Assembly (NCBI GenBank): GCA_965206595.1 | Contig: OZ242214.1 | Span: 3,808,001-3,872,000, forward strand | Length of the DNA stretch: 64,000 bases | Direction: 5' to 3' | Source: Candidatus Latescibacterota bacterium | Lineage (GTDB): Bacteria; Latescibacterota; UBA2968; UBA8231 | In this document: piece by piece, positions 47,182 to 57,298 of the stretch | Position numbering within the stretch: position 1 is the stretch's first letter | How the letters are laid out: each line of letters opens with the position of its first letter | The notes under the pieces: generated by a model | Databases searched by the model: none | What the model was told of the DNA's origin: nothing | Seen by the model: the letters and a program-made list of their open reading frames with translations, nothing else | Program-made: the position numbers and the translations under genes

Positions 47182-47739
47182 TGAGATGGACCCCCAAATT
47201 CGGACAGGTACGTTAGGTGGATCCAACCCCTCTACGGAAGGACTGGAGACATGGGAAAACGACGTAGCTTCTCCGCCCATTCAAGGCCAAAGTCGCCTTG
47301 GAAGCCCTGGTCGGCGACCAGACGATGGCCGAGCTCGCCGCCAAGCACAATGTGCATCCCAACGTGATTGCGCAATGGAAACGGCAGGCCCGGGAGAGCC
47401 TGCCCGAGGTGTTCGCCCGCAAGCCCTCCCGGGGCACCGCCGACCATGAGGCTGAGGTCAAGGCGCTGCACGCCAAGATCGGACAGCTGACCGTCGAGAA
47501 CGATTTTTTGTCTCGCGCCTTCGGCCGTTGAGCCGCGACCGGAGGGAAGCGATGATCGATCCGGATCATCCCCGGCTCCCTGTCATGCGCCAAGTGCACC
47601 TTGGTCGCCCTCTCGCGATCCACGTTATTACTACTCGGCTCGCGGGGAAAGTTCCTCAACCGCCAAGTGATGCGCTGCATCAACGAGCAGTTTCTGGCCA
47701 CGCCGTGGTATGGGTCGGCAGATGGTCTGTCATCTTCGC
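47182..47739 (+). mobile_element. Degenerate IS3-family element (left end, frameshifted orfA, partial orfB)
   Basis: TGAGATGGACCCCCAAATTCGGACA left end; MGKRRSFSA/FKAKVALEAL..DQTMAELAAKHNVHP..I.QWK...LHAKIGQLTVENDFL; orfB ..RQ.TL..LSRST.YY...PWYG.RQM with frameshifts. Confidence 0.85.
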
Positions 47740-47958
47740 TCCGACTCCCTTCATTCACTCATCATCGGGGGAGGGGGGGGAATCCTTCCGAAAACTCAGC
47801 AAGGTGACAAACCCTGGTGTTCCCTATTGATATCAACGACTGCAACAGAGGCCATACCTTGGTTTCCTGCTCGTCTATTCTCCCGGATGCAGGGATGCTC
47901 TCCGGGTCCATGAGGACCTTTCTCGCTGGGTACCCTGTCGTTCTTCGCATAGCCGGCC

Positions 47959-48134
47959 GAACCGAATCAATTCTCGTTTGTCGATGGAAGCGGGGAATCT
48001 TCTCGAATAGTCAGCAAGATGACGACTGCTGCTCATTGCCTCCGTCTCCATCGCCAGCGGAACTGAATCGATTCTCATCTGTCGATGGAGCGGCGAATCC
48101 TTTCAGAATGGTCAGGAAGATGACAACCTGCTGC
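47959..48134. repeat. Degenerate ~75-bp direct repeat, 2 copies, 101-nt period
   Basis: gaaccgaatcaattctcgtttgtcgatggaagcggggaatc...aagatgacgactgctgc versus gaactgaatcgattctcatctgtcgatggagcggcgaatc...aagatgacaacctgctgc. Confidence 0.75.
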
Positions 48135-48436
48135 CTGCTCCCGTCAGCTGGCATCCGAGGAATCCTCAGCTATCCTCCTTGCCAACTTGCCGACCAAACG
48201 GAATGATTCATCCTCACCCTCAGCGGCAGCTTGCAGACCCAGAAATGAGGCTCGCATCGATCTCGAACCCACGGTGCCAATTTGACACGCCTCCCTGTTC
48301 CGAGCTAACCAGTAGGGACGGGGATGTCCCATTTCTCTGCACTTTCTCCTATATGATTTTACCATATTATATCATCTTTAAATTCGCGGATGAGATTACT
48401 TAAATTACCCTTGCGTAGTTAAATACATAATTCCCG

Positions 48437-49291
48437 TCAAAAACGGCTCGGTTCGCTCATTTCCCGGCGTGCTTTGGCGACCAGGCCGGGCAAGTGGTCG
48501 GCATGGGCAAGGCGCTGTTCGAGGTGGCGCATGCGGGCCGCGTCCGCGGTCTCCACCATGAGGGGGGCGTACACCCGCTCGTACCAGAAACCGGCCAGGC
48601 TGGCTATGCACTCTCGCAGCAAGGCTTTGTCCTCCTCGCGGAAACGCTGCTGCAGGTTAATCGTGAACATGCGCCGGCGAGTGCCGCCGCCGAACGAAGC
48701 GTGTTTTATGCGGTGGTTGAAAACCACCAGATCGCCCGGTTGCATTTCCAGGGCCACGCACGGGACGTCCGTTCCGGGAATGCCCCAATTCTCCTCGCTG
48801 TTGTTCGAGCCCGAGGTAGGGATCGTTTCATGGACCCCGTCGGCATAGGCTTCGCCGATCCTGTGACTCCCCGGCACAACCCGGAGGCAGCCGCTCAGGC
48901 GCCTCACTTCATCGAGATAGAATGCCAGTTTGATCGAGCGGTAGCCCGGAGCCCGCCGGTAGCCGTCCGAATGCCAGGCCGTGTCGCCTGCGAAATAGTT
49001 GCCGTCACTGGACATGTAGTTGAAATCTTCGCCCAGGAGTGTGGTCCCGATGCTTTCTACGCGTTCGTCGTCGAGCAGCGCGCACAGATACGGATGCCGG
49101 TCAATAAAGGGCAGCAGGGCCGAATTCCGCTTGTCGTCGTGCGGGCGCTGGTTGTGGCCGCCCCCGTGCTCCGACCACACCGCCTCGAAGGCCTGGGAAA
49201 TGGCTTCGGCTTCGCCGGCAAAGAGTCGGGGAAAGTACAAATAGCCGAACAGATCGAAGAAGCGGGCTTTCTGGCTCGTCATCGCGGACAT
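48437..49291 (-). CDS. PhyH family Fe/2OG dioxygenase
   Basis: FFDLFGYL, WHSD, FYLD, VVPGSH, IKHASFGG..RR. Confidence 0.88.
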   Translation of the reverse strand: MSAMTSQKARFFDLFGYLYFPRLFAGEAEAISQAFEAVWSEHGGGHNQRPHDDKRNSALLPFIDRHPYLCALLDDERVESIGTTLLGEDFNYMSSDGNYFAGDTAWHSDGYRRAPGYRSIKLAFYLDEVRRLSGCLRVVPGSHRIGEAYADGVHETIPTSGSNNSEENWGIPGTDVPCVALEMQPGDLVVFNHRIKHASFGGGTRRRMFTINLQQRFREEDKALLRECIASLAGFWYERVYAPLMVETADAARMRHLEQRLAHADHLPGLVAKARREMSEPSRF

Positions 49292-49483
49292 GAGAAGTTC
49301 TCCAATTCGGTCATCTCCATCTCCTGGACCGGTCAACGTCGGTTGTTGATACACAACCGAAGCAGGCCTCGCAAGCATCGCACGCCCCGGGGTTCTGGCC
49401 GTGCGGACAGCCAAGGTCCACCTTTACCCCGCTCGGGAAGTTGAAACCCGGAGTAACGTCATATCGGAGAACGGAAACAGAAA

Positions 49484-51097
49484 ATGAACGCAGACCAAGA
49501 TTATGGATTCGACGTGGCGGGTTTTCTCCATGTGCCGCAGGTGCTCTCGGCCGCAGAGGTAGCAGCCTGCAACGAGGCGCTGGACGCTGCCGGGCGGGAG
49601 GAGGGTATGCTCGAGTGGCCGGCGCCGCATGGGGACCCTTTTCAAGCGCTGCGGGAACACCCGGTTCTGAGCGGCTATGTCGAGTCGCTGTGCGGCGCTG
49701 GCTTCGCGATCGACAAGCCGCCGGCATTGCTCGGCGACGGCAACGCGACGGGCCCGGTCCCCCTTTCGGCAGGCGCCCACGAGCGCCGCCGCCGCCTGCG
49801 CTATGCCAACTACTCCGATACCCGGGTCAGCAAGGGGGTCAGGGTTTTCCTGGCGCTGGCACCCACGCCGGAATCGGGGGGGGTCGTACTGGTTCCGGCC
49901 AGCCACAATCGATACCAGGAACCGCCGCCCGATTTCCTCGCCGGCGCAGGGGATGCGGGAATGACCGAAGAGCCCGTGCTCGCAGCCGGAGATCTGCTCA
50001 TCTGTGCGGCGACGTTGCTTTGCGGGGTTCGCGGCCTTCCCGGACGCATCCTCGAGATGGAGTTCATCAGCTCGGGGGTCAGGCCTGCAGCGGGGTATGC
50101 CGAGATCGAAGCTCCGGAATGGACCGCCGGGTTGACGGCGGCGCAGATGGCCGTCGTCGGCAACAGGACGACGGGGCGCGGCGGCACGGTCGTCTCCGAC
50201 GGCGAGCGCGCCTGGGTGGAGACGGTCGAAGAGCAACCGCCATCGGTGATGTTCAACCTGGACGGACACAGCAAGCCGGATCCCGGGGAACTGTGGTTCT
50301 GGGACGTCCGCGGCTACCTCGTGGTGCGGGGGGTGATGGACGAGGAGTGGCTCGCCGCGGCGAACCGCGCCATCGATGCGGTGTTGGAAATGCAGGACCG
50401 CCTGCCGGAGGGTCACCCGTCGCGCATCGAGGAGGTCCCGGAACAGGCCCTGCGGGAAAACGACTGGAAGTGGCCGGAGGACACTTCTCCGAGGCTCTAC
50501 GGGGAAATCAACCGGCCGCGGATCGGCGGACTATACCAGCTGCCGGAGCCGCATTGCCTGGCGTTTCGCCGCATGATCGGGCACCCGGCCATCGTCAAAC
50601 GGCTGAACTGGATGCTCGGGTACGGTTTCCGGGAATCGACGGAACCGATGTGCTGCGTCTACCCGAAAGGGACCTGCGGCGGCTCGCTGCACGGCCAGAA
50701 CCCGGGGGGCTATACCGAATACAACGGACGCCAGCTCGTGGAGCAGACCAATGTGGCCTGGGCCCTGCAGGACGAGTCGCCCGGATTCGGGGAGGACAGC
50801 GGAGGGTTCCTCTGCGTACCGGGAAGTCACAAGGCGAACTACCCGATCCCGAGAAATCTGACGGCCAGTATCGATCTGCCCCAGGTCTACAAGCCGCCCC
50901 TGAAGGCAGGCGACGTTCTCTTTTTCGGCGGGGTCGCGCACGGCACCACGGCGTGGCGCAGCGACTGGATGCGGCGCACGACCATCCAGTTCATGGGTTC
51001 GGGCAATGTGGCCCTGGCCCCGGGGAAGAAGGGGGCCGGTTGGCGCTGGAGCTCCGACCCGAACAACCCGGCCAGGCCGGTGCCGGACACGGGCTGA
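49484..51097 (+). CDS. Tandem two-domain PhyH-family protein
   Basis: Two repeats: YGFDVAGFL...VPASH...AGDLL and WFWDVRGYL...LHGQ...VPGSHKAN...AGDVLFF...HGT..W...RR. Confidence 0.8.
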   Translation: MNADQDYGFDVAGFLHVPQVLSAAEVAACNEALDAAGREEGMLEWPAPHGDPFQALREHPVLSGYVESLCGAGFAIDKPPALLGDGNATGPVPLSAGAHERRRRLRYANYSDTRVSKGVRVFLALAPTPESGGVVLVPASHNRYQEPPPDFLAGAGDAGMTEEPVLAAGDLLICAATLLCGVRGLPGRILEMEFISSGVRPAAGYAEIEAPEWTAGLTAAQMAVVGNRTTGRGGTVVSDGERAWVETVEEQPPSVMFNLDGHSKPDPGELWFWDVRGYLVVRGVMDEEWLAAANRAIDAVLEMQDRLPEGHPSRIEEVPEQALRENDWKWPEDTSPRLYGEINRPRIGGLYQLPEPHCLAFRRMIGHPAIVKRLNWMLGYGFRESTEPMCCVYPKGTCGGSLHGQNPGGYTEYNGRQLVEQTNVAWALQDESPGFGEDSGGFLCVPGSHKANYPIPRNLTASIDLPQVYKPPLKAGDVLFFGGVAHGTTAWRSDWMRRTTIQFMGSGNVALAPGKKGAGWRWSSDPNNPARPVPDTG

Positions 51098-51105
51098 TTA
51101 CCTCC

Positions 51106-51966
51106 ATGACGGGTGAACCCATCCTCTATGAGATGCACATGCACACGCCCCTGTGCCGGCACGCCCGCGGGGAGCCGGAAGAGTACGCCCAGGTAGCGCA
51201 GCGGCGCGGGCTGCGGGGAATCGTCGTCACCTGCCACAACCCGACAAACGATGGCTGGTCCCGGGACGCGCGCATGAGCGTCGCTGAATTCGACCGCTAC
51301 GTAGACCTTGTCGAACGGGCGCGAACGGCGTGGGCGGGACGTGTGGATGTCCGCCTCGGCATGGAAAGCGACTATGTCCCGGGAATGGAACCGTGGCTGG
51401 AGGAGCTGCACGGCAAAGCGGATTTCCATCACGTCCTCGGTTCCGTTCACCCCCACCTGAGGGAATACAGGGAGCGCTACCATACCGGCGACTTCGAAGC
51501 GTTTCAGCGAACCTACTTCGAACATCTGGCGATGGCGGCCGAGACCGGGCTCTTCGACACCATCGCCCATCCGGACCTGGTCAAGATCACGGCCCCGGCG
51601 GAGTGGAGTTTCGAGCGCGCCGCCGATGCCGTTCGCCCCAACCTCGACCGCATTGCGGCTGCCGGCACGGCGATGGAGTTGAACACCTCCGGACTCAACA
51701 AGAACCCGTCCGAAATGAACCCCGGCCGTGAAATGCTCGGCGAGATGCACGCACGCGGCATTCCGGTCGTTGTAGGTGCCGACGCCCACGACCCGCACAG
51801 GGTGTCGGCAAACTTCGAGGACGCCCTCGAGGTGCTGAGCGAAGCCGGGTACACGAGTGTCAACATCTTCCTCGACCGGCAGCGCCGGGAGATTCCCATC
51901 GACCGGGCGCAGGCAAGCCTGGTGGGGAATGCGCAGACAACTGCGGACGCCCCACTGACTGCATGA
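51106..51966 (+). CDS. Histidinol-phosphatase HisJ/HisK family (PHP domain)
   Basis: HMHTPLCRHA, TCH.P, LGMESDY, LGSVH, AHPDLVK, ELNTSG, GADAH.P. Confidence 0.88.
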   Translation: MTGEPILYEMHMHTPLCRHARGEPEEYAQVAQRRGLRGIVVTCHNPTNDGWSRDARMSVAEFDRYVDLVERARTAWAGRVDVRLGMESDYVPGMEPWLEELHGKADFHHVLGSVHPHLREYRERYHTGDFEAFQRTYFEHLAMAAETGLFDTIAHPDLVKITAPAEWSFERAADAVRPNLDRIAAAGTAMELNTSGLNKNPSEMNPGREMLGEMHARGIPVVVGADAHDPHRVSANFEDALEVLSEAGYTSVNIFLDRQRREIPIDRAQASLVGNAQTTADAPLTA

Positions 51967-52565
51967 TCAGGACCGTCATCTGCGATCTGGGGGGAGTGTA
52001 TTTCACCGACGGCTCGGCGCTGGCAATCGAACGCATAAGCGCGAGGTACGATATCCCGCGGGACCATGTCGGGGATGTGCTGATGGGGGATCTCGGCTCG
52101 CGGTACCGCCTCGGCGAGATAACGGCAACCGACTTCTGGGACGGAGCGAAAAAAGCCTGGGGTCTCGCCGCCCCTGCCGGCGAAGTCGAGAGAATCTGGC
52201 TGCATGCCTACGAACCGATCGCGGCAACGGTCGCCCTCGTTGACCGCCTTGGGGCTGCCGGGTACAGAACCCTCTTCCTGTCGGACAATGTCCGGGAGAG
52301 GATCGACTACCTCGAGGAGACCTACGGGTTTCTGCACCGGTTCGCCGCCGGCGTTCTCTCTCATCTCGTCGGGTTGCGCAAGCCGGATCCGGGGATCTAC
52401 GAGCTCGCCCTGGAAAAAGCCTGTTGTGCCGCGGCGCAGTGCGTCTTTGTCGATGACAAGCCAGCGATGCTGGAGCCGGCGAAGAGGATGGGCATGAGCA
52501 CGGTCGCCTTCGAAAACCCCGGCCAGCTGGAGCGGGACCTGCTCAGTCTCGGTCTCGCTTTCTAG
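51963..52565 (+). CDS. HAD-superfamily phosphatase (YihX-like)
   Basis: DLGGV, LSDN, RKPDPGIY, FVDDK. Confidence 0.88.
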   Translation: MIRTVICDLGGVYFTDGSALAIERISARYDIPRDHVGDVLMGDLGSRYRLGEITATDFWDGAKKAWGLAAPAGEVERIWLHAYEPIAATVALVDRLGAAGYRTLFLSDNVRERIDYLEETYGFLHRFAAGVLSHLVGLRKPDPGIYELALEKACCAAAQCVFVDDKPAMLEPAKRMGMSTVAFENPGQLERDLLSLGLAF

Positions 52566-52586
52566 CTTCATCTTTCAGGGGAAGCC

Positions 52587-54299
52587 ATGGGCATTTTCTA
52601 CGATCTGGGTCGTCCCGTCGTCGGGGGCTGGTTTCAGGGCGGCTGGGTGCTGCACGACCCGGTGCGGGATCGCGACCTGCTGTGGGGGTCGGAACTGGGG
52701 CAGGAAGGGGCGGTGCTGTTCGCCATCGACGTCGACAGCGGCAAGGTGGTGGAGGAGCATCGCATCGGCTGCCGCGAATTCAACGCGACCCCCGACCCGG
52801 AGACCGGCCTGTTGTGGGTGGCGACCAACCACGGCCTCTTCCAGCCGGGCCACCTGCTGCTGTCCTGGAGTCCGCACACCCGCCGGCTCACTTCGCACGG
52901 CTTCCCCCCCATCAGCGGCCAGCGCTTCGCCGGCCCCCCCTTCCTTGCCGGCGACGGCCGCATCTACATCGGCTCCCATCCGCACGGACACGTGAGCAGC
53001 TTCGACCCGGGCGAGGGCACCTGGTGCGACTACGGTTGCCTGGCGCCGGAGCCGATCGTCCCGGGACAGCATATCTGGTGTTATCCGCAATCGGAAACCG
53101 AAGCGGGCGAAATCGTCTGCGCTATCACCCGCGATCCGGCCGCGGTGGTCGCCCTGGATCCGCGCACCGGAAGGACGAGAATCCTCGACGAGGCGCCGCC
53201 GGCCCCCGCCCGAGCGAAGCCTGCCCGTGACATTCAACCCCGTTTCCGGCTGGCCGCCGACTACGCCGTCGACGGCGAGGAGCGGCAGAGCGACTACAAG
53301 CCGCGCGTGGCGAGCGACATCTGCGGGCTCAATCCAGGGCCGGACGGCAGGATCTACGGCAGTACGATCATCTCCATGCACATGTTCCGCTTCGACCCGG
53401 AAACCCGCCGGCTCGAGGACCTGGGCCGCGCCGGCTGGAGCAGCGGCGAGATCTACGACGTCATCGGTTACGGCGACAAGGTGTACCTGGGCAGCTACGG
53501 CGGCGGCTACTGGGCGGTGTACGACCCCGGGAAGCCCTGGGATGCCCAGCGCGAAAACGAGGGCATGTCGCCGACCGCCAACCCGCGAAACTTCGGCCAA
53601 CTCGGCAAGGACATGAACCGCCCCTTCGAGTACGCCGTCGGAGCGGATGACCGCATCTACATCGCCTGCCGCGCCAACTACCGCATTCCCGGCGGCGGCC
53701 TGGCTCGGTTCGATCCGGCCTCCGAAGAGATCGAGGTCTTCCGCGACGAGGAGCAGAGCGTGCAGAGCGTCACGGCCGACAGCCGTTTCGTTTACGGGGG
53801 CACGAGCATTTCGGGGGGCAGGGGTTGTATCGAGACCACTACGGAGGGAAAGCTCTTCCTCTTCGAGGTGAATACCGAACGCCGCCTGTTCGAGTGCATT
53901 CCCGTGGCAGACGCCGACGCCGTCACCTCGCTGGCGGTCAGCAGCACCAGCGGCCTCGTCTACGGCAGCGTCAGCTCAGGCCGGCTGTTCGCCTTCGATG
54001 TCGACGAGCGCCAGGTGGTGGATCGCTGGGAGATGCGTTCCAGGGGAACGCCGCTGATGGGCGTGCCCGAGACCTACGGGATCATCCATCTGACCTGCGG
54101 CCACGACGGCGACATCTACGGTGTGACCCGAAAAGACGTATTCAAGCTCGATGTGAGCACCCACCGCATCCACTACCTCGACCAACCGCCCATCCCCGAC
54201 CTCTACCAGATCGTCGAGGGCAGACCCGGGGTGTTCTACATAGGCGCCCGCGGCCACCTGCTCGAATACCACCTCAAGGACACAGGGCATTTCCGGTAG
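52587..54299 (+). CDS. Beta-propeller repeat protein
   Basis: Repeated GPDGRIYG.T / F.FDP.T blades. Confidence 0.7.
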   Translation: MGIFYDLGRPVVGGWFQGGWVLHDPVRDRDLLWGSELGQEGAVLFAIDVDSGKVVEEHRIGCREFNATPDPETGLLWVATNHGLFQPGHLLLSWSPHTRRLTSHGFPPISGQRFAGPPFLAGDGRIYIGSHPHGHVSSFDPGEGTWCDYGCLAPEPIVPGQHIWCYPQSETEAGEIVCAITRDPAAVVALDPRTGRTRILDEAPPAPARAKPARDIQPRFRLAADYAVDGEERQSDYKPRVASDICGLNPGPDGRIYGSTIISMHMFRFDPETRRLEDLGRAGWSSGEIYDVIGYGDKVYLGSYGGGYWAVYDPGKPWDAQRENEGMSPTANPRNFGQLGKDMNRPFEYAVGADDRIYIACRANYRIPGGGLARFDPASEEIEVFRDEEQSVQSVTADSRFVYGGTSISGGRGCIETTTEGKLFLFEVNTERRLFECIPVADADAVTSLAVSSTSGLVYGSVSSGRLFAFDVDERQVVDRWEMRSRGTPLMGVPETYGIIHLTCGHDGDIYGVTRKDVFKLDVSTHRIHYLDQPPIPDLYQIVEGRPGVFYIGARGHLLEYHLKDTGHFR

Positions 54300-54430
54300 G
54301 GTGCCGACCGCTCAGGGCCGGCCGCGCAGCCCGGAGGGCAGTTTCATCGGGCTCCAGGTTATCCGCGGGACGCGACACTGGTGCGCGCGCAATTCCGCGT
54401 GAATCCGGCCGCTTACCTGCGGACGCGGCA

Positions 54431-56314
54431 CTAAACAGCCGGTGTGTAGCCGGCCTTCAGCCGCGCCGTGCGACCCGGCCGGCCGAAGGCGTTGACCCCT
54501 CGCACCTCCAGTTCGTTCTCGCCGGCCTGCAGCATCCACGTCAGCGGCCCCTCGGCAGCCTCCTCCCACTCACCATCGCCACCTCCGTCGATTCGGACCT
54601 GAAAGTGTGAGAAGTTCGGCGTCGCCGTCTCCACGTCGACTTCCAGGACACCGGCTTCCTCCCCCGCCCGCGGGTACAGGCGCGTCTGATTGACCGACCA
54701 GTTGAAATCGGCCGGCCGCGACGTCTGCAGCGAGTACTCGGGGTATTTCGGATCGATGTCGACCGACCACCACAGGTAGCCGTCCCTCTGGTACTGGCTG
54801 TAGCCATGGTACAGCTCGGCCGGTTCCGCCTGCACGAGATGGTTGTTTCGCAGAGGAATCCCGAAGCGGGCGAAGAGGCTGCCCCAGGATCCGGTCATCC
54901 TCGCCTTCGTCTTCTGCGGCAGCTTGCTGATTCTCAAGTGATGCGCTTTGCCGGCCTCGTGAAACCGGTGGAACTCGAGGGCGCCGACAGGCACGCCGCG
55001 GTTCTCGTACTGGGCGTTGTGCTCGCGGACGGGCCCTGCATCCTGGAGGATCCACTTCTGCAATTCGTCGGACCAGACCTCGGCCAGGCAGTGATGATCG
55101 ACGATGAGGACGCGGGCGACGTACCCCAGCGCCGAAGCGCAACCGGCGAAGACCGCGCCGTAGTGCGTGCACATGCCGAAGCCCCAGTTTCCCTTGGTCG
55201 TCTCGAGGATTTCGAGCGGATCCCACGTCGGACAGAAGGGATACTTTTCCGCCTGCCAGCCCAGCCACTGGCTGTGAACCCAGTCGCGCAGCAGGGCGAA
55301 CTTCTCCAGGTCCGTTTTCCCGGAGGCGACCACCTCTTTCAACCGGTACTGCTTGACCAGGCGATCGACGCGGAAGTGAGGCGTGAGGTAGTCGAAGTCG
55401 TACGAGCTGTAGGCGATGTCGGGCTGATCGGCATCGAGCAGCTCGACTCCGTCAAGCGAGCCCGGAGCTGCGGCAGAGTCGATGGTCAGCGCAACGCTCT
55501 TCAGGACTGGAGTCGCGGACGCCGAATCCGAGCTCAGAACTGCGCGCCATTGGGCAAAACGACCCGGGCTTTCGATTGCCGCCCCTGCCTCCCACGGACT
55601 CCAGTGCCGTGCCGAAAAGGCAGGGGTCGAGCCGGACCGCATCTCGAAGTCGATCCGCGTCCCCCGGGGCGCTGCCTTTTCGTGGCTCAACCGCAGGCGG
55701 CGGACAGCGACCCGCGGCGCAATGCCGTTGCCCTCCGGGTCGGCCACGTCGAAGACCGGCGACACCAGTTCGCCGCGCGGGGCGAACCCCTCGAGGCGCA
55801 GGCGCACCAGGTATTCGCCCCGTGTCCGTCCATCGGGACCAAGGGCATTCCTGTGCCAGGTCCGGCCGCCGTCGAAGCTGCGGCTGCTGCGGCCTCCCGG
55901 GCCCGGGTCGACGAAGAGGGTCCCGTTCATGAATACGATCTCGTTGAGACCCTTCTCGAGATGGCGGGCGGCGATGTGCGTCCGGTCCCATCCACCGGTC
56001 ATCATGCGTTCGACCTTCCGGTGATGGTCGAGGCGATGGCCGTTGACCGTCAGCCGCAGCGGCATGTCCCCGGTGCCGGCACCCTTGACGTAGAAAAGCA
56101 GCTCCGCGCTCTTGACCTGGGCCGAGGGGATATCGAATTCGACACGGGCCCGGTCGTCCCGGCCCAGCTCGTCGCCGAGCTCGCCACTGACCCCCTGCTC
56201 ATTGGTCAACATCAGGGTCGGAGCCAACCTGGCGCCGGCGCTGGTCCGGGCATCGACGAAACGGTCGCGGCGGTAGTCGCGAAAATCACTCCGGACGATT
56301 CGAGTGTTGGCCAT
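54431..56314 (-). CDS. Transglutaminase-like domain protein
   Basis: Cys-His-Asp triad in GMCTHY...HHCLAEVWSDELQKWILQD. Confidence 0.75.
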   Translation of the reverse strand: MANTRIVRSDFRDYRRDRFVDARTSAGARLAPTLMLTNEQGVSGELGDELGRDDRARVEFDIPSAQVKSAELLFYVKGAGTGDMPLRLTVNGHRLDHHRKVERMMTGGWDRTHIAARHLEKGLNEIVFMNGTLFVDPGPGGRSSRSFDGGRTWHRNALGPDGRTRGEYLVRLRLEGFAPRGELVSPVFDVADPEGNGIAPRVAVRRLRLSHEKAAPRGTRIDFEMRSGSTPAFSARHWSPWEAGAAIESPGRFAQWRAVLSSDSASATPVLKSVALTIDSAAAPGSLDGVELLDADQPDIAYSSYDFDYLTPHFRVDRLVKQYRLKEVVASGKTDLEKFALLRDWVHSQWLGWQAEKYPFCPTWDPLEILETTKGNWGFGMCTHYGAVFAGCASALGYVARVLIVDHHCLAEVWSDELQKWILQDAGPVREHNAQYENRGVPVGALEFHRFHEAGKAHHLRISKLPQKTKARMTGSWGSLFARFGIPLRNNHLVQAEPAELYHGYSQYQRDGYLWWSVDIDPKYPEYSLQTSRPADFNWSVNQTRLYPRAGEEAGVLEVDVETATPNFSHFQVRIDGGGDGEWEEAAEGPLTWMLQAGENELEVRGVNAFGRPGRTARLKAGYTPAV

Positions 56315-56421
56315 GGCATCCTTTCCGGTGATTTCGGTTGCTGCGTCCGGTCTCACAAGACCGGCCGGGGATACTTCATACGTCCTGATTTCGAACCTCG
56401 AGCAAACAGGAGGAGAGCCTG

Positions 56422-57165
56422 ATGATACTTGGTGAGATGAACTGGCCCGACATCCGCGACATGGACAAGGAACGCGTCGTCGCCGTCTACCCGATCGCTT
56501 CCTTCGAGCAACACGGGCATCACCTGCCGATGCTCACCGATACGATTCAGCTCGAGGCGATGGTGGAGCGCATGAACGACAAGGCCGGAGATCGAATCGT
56601 TACCCTGCCGACGCAGTGGCTCGGCTACTCTTTTCACCACATGCGTTTCGGCGGCAGCCTGACGGCGCGCTCGCAGACTCACATCCGGATGCTCGTCGAG
56701 ACGGTGGATGGACTGATCGGGGCCGGTTTCGACAAGGTATTGATTGTCAACGGTCACGGGGGCAACGGCGCCGACATGAAGGTAGCCCTCCAGAACCTGA
56801 AGGAGTCCCACGCCGACGCCCGCGTCTACGGCGCCTCCTGGTGGGGAGTATCGGCGCCGCAGTTGGACGCCCTGCGCGAAGCCGGACCCAGCGGATCGGG
56901 CCACGCCGGCGAAACCGAAACATCGATGATGCTGGCCCTGCGCCCGGACCTGGTGCGCACCGACCGGCTCCACCGGGACGGAGGCAAGCCCCCTTCTGCC
57001 TACACGGGCAGCGTCGACCGGTTTCGCAGAATCGACGAGCACAGCAGCCGCGGAAACGTCGGCGATCCCTCCTTCGGGACCGCGGAAAAGGGGGAGCAGA
57101 TGCTCGCTGCCGTGGTCGCTTGTCTGGTGGAAATCGTCGGCGACATACTGAATGGAACCCTCTGA
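56422..57165 (+). CDS. Creatininase/MftE family amidohydrolase
   Basis: EQHGHHLP..TD, NGHGGN, HAGETETS; AGGAGG RBS. Confidence 0.92.
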   Translation: MILGEMNWPDIRDMDKERVVAVYPIASFEQHGHHLPMLTDTIQLEAMVERMNDKAGDRIVTLPTQWLGYSFHHMRFGGSLTARSQTHIRMLVETVDGLIGAGFDKVLIVNGHGGNGADMKVALQNLKESHADARVYGASWWGVSAPQLDALREAGPSGSGHAGETETSMMLALRPDLVRTDRLHRDGGKPPSAYTGSVDRFRRIDEHSSRGNVGDPSFGTAEKGEQMLAAVVACLVEIVGDILNGTL

Positions 57166-57298
57166 CGGCGGTCTCCGCCGTCCGTGCGGCTGCTCCATCG
57201 ATCGGGCCCCGCTCGAGCGCTCGCGCTCCGGGCGGCATCGAGCCTGAACCGGCAGCGATTGGACCTGGTCGAAAATTGAAAGCTCCATTGGAAAGTGA

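Noticed and set aside
49441-51966. 841-aa ORF suggesting a fused histidinol phosphatase
   Set aside because: First 555 codons are an off-frame overlap of the PhyH gene; the real gene starts at 51106
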